Shown here: positions 27,871 to 38,952 of the stretch, piece by piece
Layout: every line of letters starts with the position of its first letter
How positions within the stretch are numbered: the stretch's first letter is position 1
NCBI GenBank assembly: GCA_964016885.1
Contig: OZ024742.1
Coordinates: 40,238,001-40,302,000, forward strand
Direction of reading: 5' to 3'
Length of the DNA: 64,000 nt
Source of the DNA: Eledone cirrhosa
Taxonomy: Eukaryota
Notes under the pieces: model-generated
Databases searched by the model: none
The model's input: only the letters and a program-made list of their open reading frames with translations
What the model was told of the DNA's origin: nothing
Position numbers and translations under genes: made by a program

Positions 27871-27912
27871 TGCCCTTGAGAAGCCCTTTTCAGGCGAAAC
27901 GTACGTAGGTGC
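27871..27912 (+). ncRNA. Hammerhead ribozyme, U3-A8 core variant
   Basis: TGCCC-TTGAGAA-GCC cttttca GGC-GAAA-CGTACGT-A-GGtGC. Stem III region ACGTACGT is a perfect palindrome. Confidence 0.7.
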
Positions 27913-28425
27913 TTTTGTATAAACATGTTCTAACAGTCTATATTCTCCTTTGTAATCCTTTCATTTGTAACCGCTCTGCTTATATTCTCGCCCACTAAAT
28001 ATCGACGCTTCTGATATTTAACCCTGTACCCACAAGTATTGAGCACAAATACACCAGCTTTTGGCAACTAACTATATGTATTGCTTATTCCTTTAAACCT
28101 CTACTCTCTCATGATACTAAAATATTCTACATATATATATAAACAATTATGGGTTCCTTTAGATATAAGCATATATATATTCTATCAACATAATAAGTAC
28201 CTTTATCTATATTCCTTAGCATATTATATCATTTATATCAAGATCACCTTTAGAACAAAGGTATAAATTTAAAAAAAAACATTATAATTAATAAGAGTTA
28301 CTTTTCTTTTGATGATGTTTACTTATGGTTACAAAAAAATATACATACATGTTCCTTTATTTCTTCATAAAATTAGATTATAAGTTATATACATCAATAT
28401 ATATCCATATATTTAACCATATATA

Positions 28426-28960
28426 TGTTTGGGGTGTCTGTGGTCGTGTTTGGGGTGGTTGTGGTAGTGTTTGGGGTGGTAGTGGTAGTGTTTGGGGTGT
28501 TTAGGTTGGTTGTGGTAGAGTTTGGGGTGGTTGTGGTAGTGTTTGGGGTGGTAGTGGTAGTGTTTGGGGTGTCTGTAGTAGTGTTTGGGGTGTCTGTGGT
28601 AGTGTTTAGGTTGGTTGTGGTAGAGTTTGGGGTGGTTGTGGTAGTGTTTGGGGTGGTAGTGGTAGTGTTTGGGGTGTCTGTGGTAGTGTTTAGGTTGGTT
28701 GTGGTAGAGTTTGGGGTGGTTGTGGTAGTGTTTGGGGTGGTTGTGGTTGTTTACGGTGGTTGTGGTAGTGTTTGGGGTGTCTGTGGTAGTGTTTGGGGTG
28801 TCTGTAGTAGTGTTTGGGGTGTCTGTAGTAGTGTTTGGGGTGGTTGTGGTAGTGTTTGGGGTGGTTGTGGTAGTGTTTGGGGTTGTTGTGGTAATGTTTG
28901 GGGTGGTTGTGGTACTGTTTGGGGTGGTTGTGGTACTGTTTGGGGTGGTTGTGGTAGTGT
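28426..28960. repeat. 21-bp G-rich minisatellite (GTTTGGGGTGGTTGTGGTAGT)
   Basis: About 25 units with recurring variants. Confidence 0.9.
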
Positions 28961-28970
28961 TATATATATA

Positions 28971-30280
28971 GAGAAGAAATTCCAAACATGGAAGCACGGC
29001 CTAGAGTCAAAAGGACTTAAAATTAACCTGGCTAAGACCAAAGTACTAGTTTGTAGGAAAGAAAACAAGGCGGCGGTCCCTTCTGGGAAATGGTCGTGCT
29101 CGGTGTGTAGGAAAGGCGTAGGTAGAAACTCCATTTTATGTCCTAAATGCAAAGTATGGGTGCATAAAAGATGTAGTGGGATCACAGGTAAGCTAACTAA
29201 GAACATAGATTTTACATGTGGCCGGTGTTCTGGTGCAATAAGTAGCAGCAAGTGCCCACAAATACTTGATCTTTCAATTGCGCAGAGGGTTCTATAGAAA
29301 TAGTGGACAGCTTCCGTTACCTGGGCGATAAAATCAGCAGTGGGGGAGGGTGCTCTGAAAGTACTGTAGCTAGAGTCAGAACTGGTTGGAAAAAGTTCAG
29401 AGAGCTTATACCACTATTAGCTGCTAAAGGGTTCTCCCTAAAAATGAAAGGCAGGTTGTACGATGCCTGCATACGAACAGCAATGCTGCATGGCAGTGAG
29501 ACCTGGGCATTGTGTGCAGAGGATATACGCAGACTAGAGAGGAACGAAGCTTGCATGCTCCGCTGGATGTGTAACAGTAATATACGTGACTGGCAAAGCA
29601 TAAACGAACTAAGGAAAAAATTAGAGATAAGAGGGATCAGATGTTGTTTACTTGAGAGAAGGCTACGTTGGTATGGACACGTGATGCGCATGAAAGTCGA
29701 TAGCTGTATAACAAAGTGCAGGGCAATAAAGATAGACGGTAGTCACGGAATAGGCAGACCTAGAAAAACCTGGGACGAGCTGATAAACTCCGACATCACA
29801 CACTTACACCTCTCCAAGACAATGTCACTGGACCGAGACCTTTGGCGGTACTCAGTAACAGAGAAGACCCGCCTTACCTAAATATATAGTAAAACCTACT
29901 CCAGCCAGTAGGCATCTCTAACAAAATACACCCCGTCCCACCACCACCACCCCACCCCATCCACACCACCCCGTTCTATGTAAAGTTATGTTGGTGCCGT
30001 GCCATCGAGGCCGAAACAAATGAGATCGTGTAGGTGTCACGACAAAAAAACACACAGTCCACGCTGTAATGTGGCCGTGTAGGCAACACGGTAAAAACCT
30101 CCCAGACCCACACTGTAAATGTGGTTGGTGTTAGGAAGGGCATCCAACTGTAGAAAACCTGCCAGACAGTCCTATGCGAGCAGGACAATCACTCTTGCCT
30201 CAAGTGGGACTACCCCCGTCCAAACCCATGCAAGCGTGGAACACGGACGTTAAACGTTGATGATGATGATGATGATGATG
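28971..30280 (+). mobile_element. 5'-truncated copy of the same RTE family
   Basis: Near-identical to the reverse complement of 4668-5970. It has one frameshift near 29265 and a (TGA)n tail. Confidence 0.95.
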
Positions 30281-30426
30281 TGTATGGTTATAATATATTA
30301 CCCTCTAACAATCTTTTATATGACCAATATAACTATTCTTCGTAACATTAGAATATAAGATATATGTGTATATATATCGATGTGTATACATAGATATAAC
30401 CGTATATACGCGTATGTTTGCATGGT

Positions 30427-30472
<46 letters not shown>

Positions 30473-30475
<3 letters not shown>

Positions 30476-31776
30476 GGTGTGGACGATATTTGTTCGCAAT
30501 TTTCAACTGCTAATTTTATGCAATTTTTTTTACTTCCATTGTCACTCTTGTCTTCATAACTATAGTCTTTGTGACTATATTTCCATTATTTATTTTCAGA
30601 ATAATTGATTATGAATAATTTTGAACCGCTAAATTTGTGGAAGAGACACAGAGTTCTTCTTGGAATCCGCGCTGGGAGGACAAATAAGGAAATTTTAGAC
30701 TTTCTCAACGTCAGCAGGAGAATGGTGGAAAAGGTCAGAAAGGAATTGGAAGATTCAGGATTCGACTACAAAGCAACATCAGAGAGGAAAACACATGATC
30801 GACGATCTGACGCCTTCAGAACGCCCGAGTTTGTCGCTGAAGTTCAGGATATCATCAACAATGAACCCAGCAAGTCGATGCATGCCATTGCAAGGGAGAA
30901 AGGCATGGATGAAAAGCTCATTAGGCTGGTGGTACATGAAGACATTCGCTACGTTTCATACAAGATGAGGAAAGGACAATTTCTGTCAAAAGCGATGCAA
31001 AAAAAGCGACTGAAGCACGCAAAGAAGCTGATCAACAAGTTGAAACACCCACTGGAGCCAGACATGCTGTGGTTTTTCTCCGACGAGAAAAATTTCTGCC
31101 AAGACCAGATGATCAACTCCCAGAACAACAGGTGGTTCGCTGTCTCATCCAAAGACGTGCCCAGAGTTATGCAGACAAAGTTTCCAGTGACAACATTGGT
31201 CTTAGATGTCGTCAGCAGTCAAGGTGACGTCATGCCAGCTCACTTCTTCCCTGAAGGCCTCAAGCTGAACACCGATGGCTACATCCGCGTTCTGAGCAAG
31301 GTAGTAAAGCCCTGGATCAACCAGGTAGCTGCAGGTAGTGTGGCAGCAAGACTCAGCGCCCTGCCATACCAACCGAAAGACCCAAGCCTGGCTGTCAGAG
31401 AACTTCGTCGACCACACTTCACCTGACATCTGGCCTCCCAGCTCACCTGACTGCAACCCCCTTGACTTCTTTGTGTGGGGCGCAGTGGAACAAGACACCA
31501 ACAGATCTAGCTGCAATACGAAAGACGATCTGAAGGCCAGGATCACAAGTGCCTTTAGGGGTTTATGTCAGGGGACAGTGACGAAGGCCTGTAGCCGGTT
31601 CCGAGGCCGCCTTGAGGCCGTCATCAAAGCCAATGGCGGGTTTATTGAGTGAGATCGAAAGAACAAGTCATGAAGACAAACTGACCCAAGTTTGATAAAT
31701 ATATCTTAAAAAATAAAACTACTGTGTTAATTTTTCCTAGACAGTAATCTTGCGAACAAATATCGTCCGCACCCTG
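30473..31776 (+). mobile_element. Tc1/mariner DD37D (maT) DNA transposon, full length
   Basis: 27-bp TIRs CAGGGTGTGGACGATATTTGTTCGCAA / TTGCGAACAAATATCGTCCGCACCCTG (1 mismatch), with TA on both sides. Confidence 0.95.
30611..31652 (+). pseudogene. DD37D transposase with one frameshift near 31335
   Basis: FSDEK, then QQDSAPCH ... SPDCNPLD with 37 residues between the second and third D. Split over ORFs 30605-31426 and 31338-31652. Confidence 0.9.
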
Positions 31777-31819
31777 TATATATATACAAAACGTTAAAAC
31801 AATCAAATCTTAGTTTATT

Positions 31820-31866
31820 TGCTGACAATTGTTTCTTCCAGAGGGATGTCTGGAATCATCGGAGCA
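31820..31866 (-). ncRNA. Hammerhead ribozyme with U4C core change
   Basis: Minus strand TGCT-CCGATGA-TTCCAGA catccc TCTGGAA-GAAA-CAATTGT-C-AGCA, then AATAAA. Confidence 0.75.
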
Positions 31867-32617
31867 TAGGGAATGTTTAAACAGGTGATTAAAATCCTAG
31901 TCTTCAGAACATTTAGGTAGATATCATACATGCCTTATTGATTCTATTGACTCTTGCATTATATACCCTTAACATTACCTGATTTCCAATGCTATGGTAT
32001 CTTATGTCTATCCTATCTTACATTTTTTCTTGCTTGTACCTTTTGCACATATATTACCTTAAACAATACCTTTATACATAATATGCTTATTTTTCACTTT
32101 TCACCATTGCTCCTTGTAATTGTGTTCTCTGAAGCATAACATTCTTTGAACTCCAGACTTCCCTCTGGAAGAAACAATTATCAGCAAATAAATGTATTAA
32201 ACTAAGATTTGATTGTTTTAACATTTTGTATCTCAGCTCTGTAATACACTTGATAATTTACATTGAGCCTTTTATCCTACCAGTAACCAGCTAGTACTTA
32301 GTACTACTCTCCATATTTATAATTGTATATTAAACATATATAAGTATAAATATTATTATTATTACTATATGTATATATATATATATCCACTAGTTAATAT
32401 ATCACCCTCAAATGGTCTTTTTCTGCTCAATCTAACTACATTATTTTTTAAAAATTTCAAGCGTTTCTCCTAACGGTCCTTTTTATTTGCTTACTCTCTC
32501 TCCCTACTAATTTACATCCTAAGAAATTTTGAGATTTTAAATCAAATACCCATTTTAAGTTGACCGTATGAGGTCTATTTTTTGGGTATGTCACTATCTT
32601 ATACATCAAATATTGTA

Positions 32618-32673
32618 TTTTATCTGATGAAAGCATACTATAATTTAGTATCCTTGAAATATATATAATGAAA
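32618..32673 (+). ncRNA. Hammerhead ribozyme
   Basis: TTTTAT-CTGATGA-AAGcATACTA taatt TAGTATcCTT-GAAA-TATATAT-A-ATGAAA. Confidence 0.75.
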
Positions 32674-32722
32674 TTAATATGATGCTATAATGATATATTT
32701 TCCATTTATTATTATTATTATT

Positions 32723-32911
32723 AGGGTGATGGATTGGCAGTATTGGTAGAGGGTCGGACGCCATGCTTTCCAGCATAGTTACATCCCTTTACGATCTGAG
32801 TTCAAATCCCACCGAGGTTGACTTTGCCTTTCATCCTTACGGGGGTCGATAAAATAAAGTACCAGTAATGCACTGGGTAATTGCTGGCCTTGTGCCTAAA
32901 TTAGAAACAAT
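32723..32911 (+). mobile_element. tRNA-derived SINE family A with (TTA)n tail
   Basis: A-box-like TGGCAGTATTGGTAGAG and B-box GAGTTCAAATCC. Copies at about 36853-37033, 41633-41823, 42446-42627 (+) and 3880-3990, 40943-41086, 61388-61600 (-). Confidence 0.85.
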
Positions 32912-32940
32912 TATTATTATTATTATTATTGTTGTTATTA

Positions 32941-35900
32941 CACTTTGAGTCTCAGTCATTGATGTTAGTTAACTGGAAAGTTTGTTGAAATGAATATCAA
33001 GCCACTACCTGCAGCCTCAGATATTCAGGACATATCGGAGGGTTCTTGCTGTTCCCAGCAAGCATGCCTTTTGAAGCGTTCCAAAAAGCGTGAAGGGGCC
33101 AATTTTCTTTAACCATCCCTGGAAACTTTTTGAGATAGTACCTAGTGCGCCTATGACAATCGGGATCACTTTGACTTCATGGCAGTTCCAAATCCTTTTT
33201 ACCTCCCACTTTAAGTCCTGGTATCGGTTAATTTTCTCCCTCTCCTTCTCTTGCACTCTCGTGTCGAATGGGTAGGCCACATCCACAATCAGGCACAATC
33301 TTTTTTCTTTGTCCACAACCACCTGGTCAGGTCTATTGTGTTCCAGTTTCTTGTCCGTCTGTATCCTAAAATCCCACAGCATCTTCACCTGATCGTTTTC
33401 TATCACCGCCTCTGGCCTATGCTCATACCATTTCTCAGAATGTGGTAAATTGTTTACTTTGCATAGGTGCCAGTGGATCACCCTGCCCATCACATCATGT
33501 CTCCAGCCCTTATAGTGAGTCTGGGCTAGGTGTTTACACTCGGATACAACGTGAGCCACAGTCTCCTCTCTCTCTCCACAGATCCTGCACAGTGGGCTAG
33601 CCTCCTCCTTGTAAATATGGTGTGTCAACCACTTCGTTTTGAGGGCCTGCTCCTGCGCAGCCATTAACATTCCTTCTGTAGCCTTTTTAAGGTCTCCTCT
33701 TTTCAACCAGTTCCATGTCTGTGGATCTCTAAATTTAGTTTTCTCAAAGAAGGTACTATGAAGCGATTTTTCATAAAGGCTGCTCTTTCTCCTTGATGTT
33801 ATTTCCTCCTTGGACATCCCCTGGCCTATTGTCCCCTCCTTCAGTACAGTTCTGAGCATTGGCTCCTTACTACCAGTCACGTATTTGTGTAGGTTGTTTT
33901 TCTCCATCTGAACACAGTCCTCTATGCTGATAAGACCTCTTCCACCTTCAGATCTCCTTAAGTAGAGTCTATCGACATCACTCCTCTTGTGGAACACGTT
34001 GTAGATAGTCAATAGCTTCCTAGTCTTCCTATCCATTTCTTTTTGTTCAGCAACATTCCATCTCAGAATTCCCGCACTGTACCTAATAATAGACACAGCT
34101 CGGGAATTTACTGCACTTATGGCATTCCTACTGTTCAGATGTGACTTTAATACGCTCCTTACTCTCCGAATGTATTCAGTTCTTATCAATTCCTTCATTT
34201 TTTTGTTCTTGATGTCATCAGCCTCCAGAACGCCCAAATACTTTTTTCCTTCTTCAGAGTCAATTTCTTTTATCATCTCACCTGTTGGTACCTGGATTCC
34301 GTTACTTCTGCTCAACTTACCCCTCTTCATCACAATGACTCCACACTTACTAATACCAAATTGCATACATATATCATTGCTGAAAATACGGACAGTGTCA
34401 ACAAGCACATCCAACTCCTTCTCACTCTTCCCGAAGAGCTTAAGATCGTCCATGAAGAGGAGGTGATTGATGGTAAGCCCTCCCTTTCCCAACCTGTATC
34501 CTGCTCTCACTTTTCGCAGTACACGGGTCAGGGGCATCAGGGCAAGGACAAACAACAGAGGGGACAGACTATCTCCCTGGAAGATACCTCTCTTGATCTT
34601 CACGCTTCCCAAGGATTCTCCAGTTGATGTTAACTCTGTTTCCCAGGACTTCATACTTTTGCCCAACAACTGTCTGATGTTATCTGCCACCTTGAAGATC
34701 TCCAGGCTTTTGGTGATCCAAGAATGAGGCACCATGTCAAATGCCTTTTTGTAGTCTATCCATCCCATGGCAAGACCAGTGTGTCTCCTCTTGCAATTCC
34801 TCATTACCATCTTATCAATAAGTAACTGGTCCTTTGTACCACGTGACTTCTTTCGGCATCCTTTCTGTTCGTCCGGTAACAAGTTGTTTGTGTGGAGGTG
34901 ATGGTAGATTTCCTCAGACATAATGCTTGTCAACAGTTTCCACATTACGGACAGACATGTGATAGGTCTATAGTTGGTAACATCATTACCCTTGATTCGG
35001 TCTTTCATTATCAGAACTGTGGTATCTTTTGTCAACCACTCTGGTACCTCACCTGACATCAAGCAGTCATTGAACATGGTTGTCAGTTTCGGGTGGAGGG
35101 ATGTTATGTTTTTAATCCAATACCCCTGCACACCATCTGGGCCAGGTGATTTCCAGTTGGTTAGTTTTTTGGCCTGCCCCTTAAGAGTTTCAACTGTGAT
35201 ACTCAAATCAGTTTGTTGGTGTGCCTGTTCACTAATCTCCTTCTGTACTGTCTCAATCCACACTGCCTGGTCATTATGTTTAACATCCTGCTCCCATATT
35301 CCTCTCCAGAATGTTTTAGTTTGTTCCGCCTCAGTGATCAAGTCGTTGCCTCTTTCTTTCCCTTCAAGCTGTCCAAACAGCATCTTCTGGTTGTTGTCGA
35401 ACATGCGGTTCTGTCTATACTGACTGACTCTGTTCTCGTATCGCCTGATTTTTGCACTCTTTGCTACAATGCGTTGCTTCAGTTCCTCTATGATAATATT
35501 TAGCTTTTTCCTCCTAGTTTTGTACTTTATTTCCAGTCTATTTTTAGTGTCTATGTTTTTTAGTGTCCCATTCAGTAGGGACTCAAGCTTTCCAATGTCA
35601 TTTCTCATTTCACTGATTTGACCACTCAGTCGTTTCTTCCACCAAGGCTCTGCTCTTTCTTGTCTGTTGTTTCCTCTCGCTTTTATACCAAGTAGTTTCC
35701 TCACCGTATTTGCTGTTGCTTTGAGGATATTGTTGCACTGGTGAAGGCTCCTCGCCTCAAGGTATGGGATGACTTTGTTTACCTTAGCTGTTGTTTCTTT
35801 TAACTTTTTCCTGTCTACAAATCTTAGGTTCATAGGTCTCCCACTATCATTGTTCAATTCATCTACCACTAAGTTTAGGATATCAACCAAATCTTGTCCT

Positions 35901-35980
35901 AGCCCGTCAGCATTCATCTCCTCAGTGGCCGTATCTCTGTTCCAGGTATTATTTATCTCAGCATTCAGATCATTGTCTGC
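32941..35980 (-). mobile_element. R4/Dong-type non-LTR retrotransposon (restriction-like endonuclease), 5'-truncated, in a (TAA)n tract
   Basis: Both ends abut (TTA)n (about 32910-32940 and 35981-36030). It carries the 966-aa ORF and a short 3' UTR. Confidence 0.9.
33017..35917 (-). CDS. RT + CCHC zinc knuckle + restriction-like endonuclease (966 aa, uninterrupted)
   Basis: WKSPGPDG, YRPITCL, IDYKKAFD, GIFQGDSLSP, HLLFMDDLKL, CRICG...H...C, RHD, RPD...D...EK..RY, and the PIVIGALG C-terminus. Confidence 0.92.
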   Translation of the reverse strand: MNADGLGQDLVDILNLVVDELNNDSGRPMNLRFVDRKKLKETTAKVNKVIPYLEARSLHQCNNILKATANTVRKLLGIKARGNNRQERAEPWWKKRLSGQISEMRNDIGKLESLLNGTLKNIDTKNRLEIKYKTRRKKLNIIIEELKQRIVAKSAKIRRYENRVSQYRQNRMFDNNQKMLFGQLEGKERGNDLITEAEQTKTFWRGIWEQDVKHNDQAVWIETVQKEISEQAHQQTDLSITVETLKGQAKKLTNWKSPGPDGVQGYWIKNITSLHPKLTTMFNDCLMSGEVPEWLTKDTTVLIMKDRIKGNDVTNYRPITCLSVMWKLLTSIMSEEIYHHLHTNNLLPDEQKGCRKKSRGTKDQLLIDKMVMRNCKRRHTGLAMGWIDYKKAFDMVPHSWITKSLEIFKVADNIRQLLGKSMKSWETELTSTGESLGSVKIKRGIFQGDSLSPLLFVLALMPLTRVLRKVRAGYRLGKGGLTINHLLFMDDLKLFGKSEKELDVLVDTVRIFSNDICMQFGISKCGVIVMKRGKLSRSNGIQVPTGEMIKEIDSEEGKKYLGVLEADDIKNKKMKELIRTEYIRRVRSVLKSHLNSRNAISAVNSRAVSIIRYSAGILRWNVAEQKEMDRKTRKLLTIYNVFHKRSDVDRLYLRRSEGGRGLISIEDCVQMEKNNLHKYVTGSKEPMLRTVLKEGTIGQGMSKEEITSRRKSSLYEKSLHSTFFEKTKFRDPQTWNWLKRGDLKKATEGMLMAAQEQALKTKWLTHHIYKEEASPLCRICGEREETVAHVVSECKHLAQTHYKGWRHDVMGRVIHWHLCKVNNLPHSEKWYEHRPEAVIENDQVKMLWDFRIQTDKKLEHNRPDQVVVDKEKRLCLIVDVAYPFDTRVQEKEREKINRYQDLKWEVKRIWNCHEVKVIPIVIGALGTISKSFQGWLKKIGPFTLFGTLQKACLLGTARTLRYVLNI

Positions 35981-36047
35981 TTATTATTATTATTATTATT
36001 ATTATTATATTATTATTATTATCATTATTATTATTTTATATATATAT

Positions 36048-36382
36048 GGAGGCACATGGCTTAGTGATTAGAGCATTGGCCTTGCAATCGAAAGGTTGTG
36101 AGTTCAATTCTCAGACTGGGTGATGTGTTGTTTCCATGAGCAAGACACTTTATTTCACATTGCTCCAGTTTACTCACCTGTAGAAATGAGTTGATAGGGA
36201 CTGGGGTCCATATCATTCCACTGCAAAGTGGACGTGTAGGCACCACGGAAAAAAGCACCCAGCACTCACTGTAAATGAGGTCGGTGTTAGGAAGGGCATC
36301 CAGCTGTAGAAATCAAGCCAGAATCAGTTCCCGTTCCACCCTTGCAAGCAGGGAAAAGGGGACGTAAAATGAAATGATGATG
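36048..36382 (+). mobile_element. tRNA-derived SINE family B with RTE-derived 3' tail
   Basis: A box TGGCTTAGTGATTAG and B box GAGTTCAATTC. The 3' part is shared with the RTE 3' UTR (GGTGTTAGGAAGGGCATCCAGCTGTAGAAA), followed by (TGA)n. Confidence 0.85.
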
Positions 36383-37705
36383 ATATATATATATAACACC
36401 CATTTGTCCATGCATGTTGGCAAGGGGTGGTTGAGATGTTTTGAAGCAATGTTTTATAGTCAGACGTCCTTCCTTGTACTAACACTTTTGGTTGCCACTT
36501 ATGAAACACAGAGATACAGTGTACCTATTCTAAAAACTGGGATAATATAAATATTCATACAGCCACATATATATGAAAAGAAAGCAAGACTGTTATTGAT
36601 TTTAGTAAAAGGTTTCAAATAATATGCACCAGAAATAAGTAATAAATGTAATATATAAGGAAATTCTTGTAACACAAAACACTTCTTTCATCGTTTCTTT
36701 CTATATTTATTTATTGTATTGAATTTACTTATTTGTTATAGATGTTTTTCTGTTTTATCTTATTTTACTTTTTACATTTTTCTTTTATAGATTTATATTC
36801 ATTTAATTAACTTTATTGTTTTCTTTGTTTTTTAATACTATTATTTCTTTTGAATTGGCAGTATCGGTAGAGGGTTGGACACCATGCTTTCTAGCATAGT
36901 TACGTCCCTTTACAGTCTGAGTTCAAATCCCACCGAGGTTAACTTTGCCTTTCATCCTTACGTGGTCGATAAAATAAAGTACCAGTAATGTACTGGGTAA
37001 TTGCTGACCTTGTGTCTAAAGTAGAAACAATTATTTCTTTAAATATTGTTTACACACATTTACGGATCTCCATTGTTGATAGTGATGAGCAGTCTAGTTG
37101 TTCAATCAGCATGTGTACCCTTAACCCTTTTTAATACCAACCCATCTTAGGTTTGTCCAATATAAAGGGTTCTTATATAAATTAAATATATAACAGGCAG
37201 ACACACCCATAAATACACACATATTTACAATGCATACACACATACACACATATATATATATATATACACACACACACATATATACAAATATAAACATATA
37301 TTTGAAAATATAGTTGAATAAATTTCCTAAAAAGACTATTATTATCAGTCAGAAGCCATGTGGCATGATAGTTAAACATGCTTGTCCAGCATATGAGAAA
37401 TGTGGGGTTTAATACCCTGCAGGTATCTTTATCCCTTTCTACCATATTCAGGGTTACTTTACCCAACTTATCTAACAATTATTATAGCTATCTGCATTGA
37501 CGCAAATATATTTTCACATTTCCCAATGTTTCATAATTTCATAGATGTATATAATTCTTTTTTATTCAAGAAATATCATCATCATCATTTTATGTCCGCT
37601 TTTAAGTGACTAGCACCAAATACCAACCTGGCACATATCAATGAAACAACAGAAGTAAGCTTTATTTCATCTTTATGTTTTTCTGTTTTTCCTATTTAGA
37701 TTCTA

Positions 37706-37764
37706 GCTGTCTGATGAAGTCATAGCTGTTACATAATGGTTATGATCAACACATATATAACAGC
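37706..37764 (+). ncRNA. Inactivated hammerhead (GAAA lost)
   Basis: GCTGT-CTGATGA-aGTCATAGC...GTTATGAT-caacacatatata-ACAGC, with AATAAA downstream. Confidence 0.5.
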
Positions 37765-38952
37765 AATTATGAATAAACAAAGTGAATTATAACCTGTTGA
37801 CTTGTAATTCATGTTTATATATATATATATATATACTTTCCACCATCATAATGCTCCCCTCTACAAATCAACCACAATCACAACCATCATCATCATCTAC
37901 CTCAATAAACCTTATCATCCTGAACACTGCTACCCTCCAGCATTGACTTGATAGAAACACCAGCCAAATCTCACAAATCACGTGTTTTATGATCATAATC
38001 ATCAATTTAAATCCACCTTCCATATTGACATGGGTTGAATGGGTTGACATGGTCCAAGGCTAGACAAGTCATAGAGACTTCATCTTTTTCAAATGTTCCA
38101 TATTTGGTAGGGTTTCTATGGCTAGAAGCCATTCCCAACACCAACTACAAGGTGTACTGGGTTCATTTTACCATGGCAATAGCACTACTACATTATAGAG
38201 TGTACTGAGTGCATCATATCAGGATACAAATATTTTACAGAGAGTACTGGGTGCATTTTATCATGGCACCAGCACTAAAGAGGTTGTCATATGACTAAAT
38301 AGTCCTCCTACCCTATAATGTTTCCCTTTATCTTTTAAAAAGATGAAGGATATATTGGATAATATAGTTTGAGATAAATTGACTGTAAAGTTGGGATAGT
38401 CATGGTCAGAATGATTTTGATCATTGGTCTGCTGGATTAGGATTGATCTGGAGCTAAACAACATCATCACAATGTTATTTCAATTACTTCCTCCCTCCCT
38501 GTTATAAAGCATACTATTTCTGTCAACCTTTCTATAAAGCACCCTCATCACCACAACTACTATCATCACCACCACCATTATCACCAGCACCATCATTATC
38601 CCCCTCACCACCACAACTACTATCATCACCACCACCATCAACTCACACTGCTGTCATCAGTGCAAACTCCATCATCATCATATTAAAAAAAAAAAAGAAG
38701 AAAAAGGAAAGATGAATAGAAAACCAAGAAAACAATTGTGAGAAAGAGAGAATCAGAGAGGGTGAGAGACATAGAGAGAAGTAGAGTGCCATCGAGAGAA
38801 GGAAAGAGAGAGCTACAGAGAGAGGGGAGGAGGAACTAAATTAAATAAAAGAGAACAAATAATAGAAAAAAATGAAATGAGAAGAAGAAGAAGAAGAAGA
38901 AGAAGAAGAAGATAAGAAGGAAGAGAAATAAAGGACTGTGTATGTTGCTTAC

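Noticed and set aside
28425-29297. 290-aa ORF fusing a Val/Gly repeat to an RTE zinc finger
   Set aside because: Chance read-through from the minisatellite into the truncated LINE.
36048-36120. tRNA gene
   Set aside because: It has A/B boxes but no complete cloverleaf, and it continues into a multi-copy SINE body.
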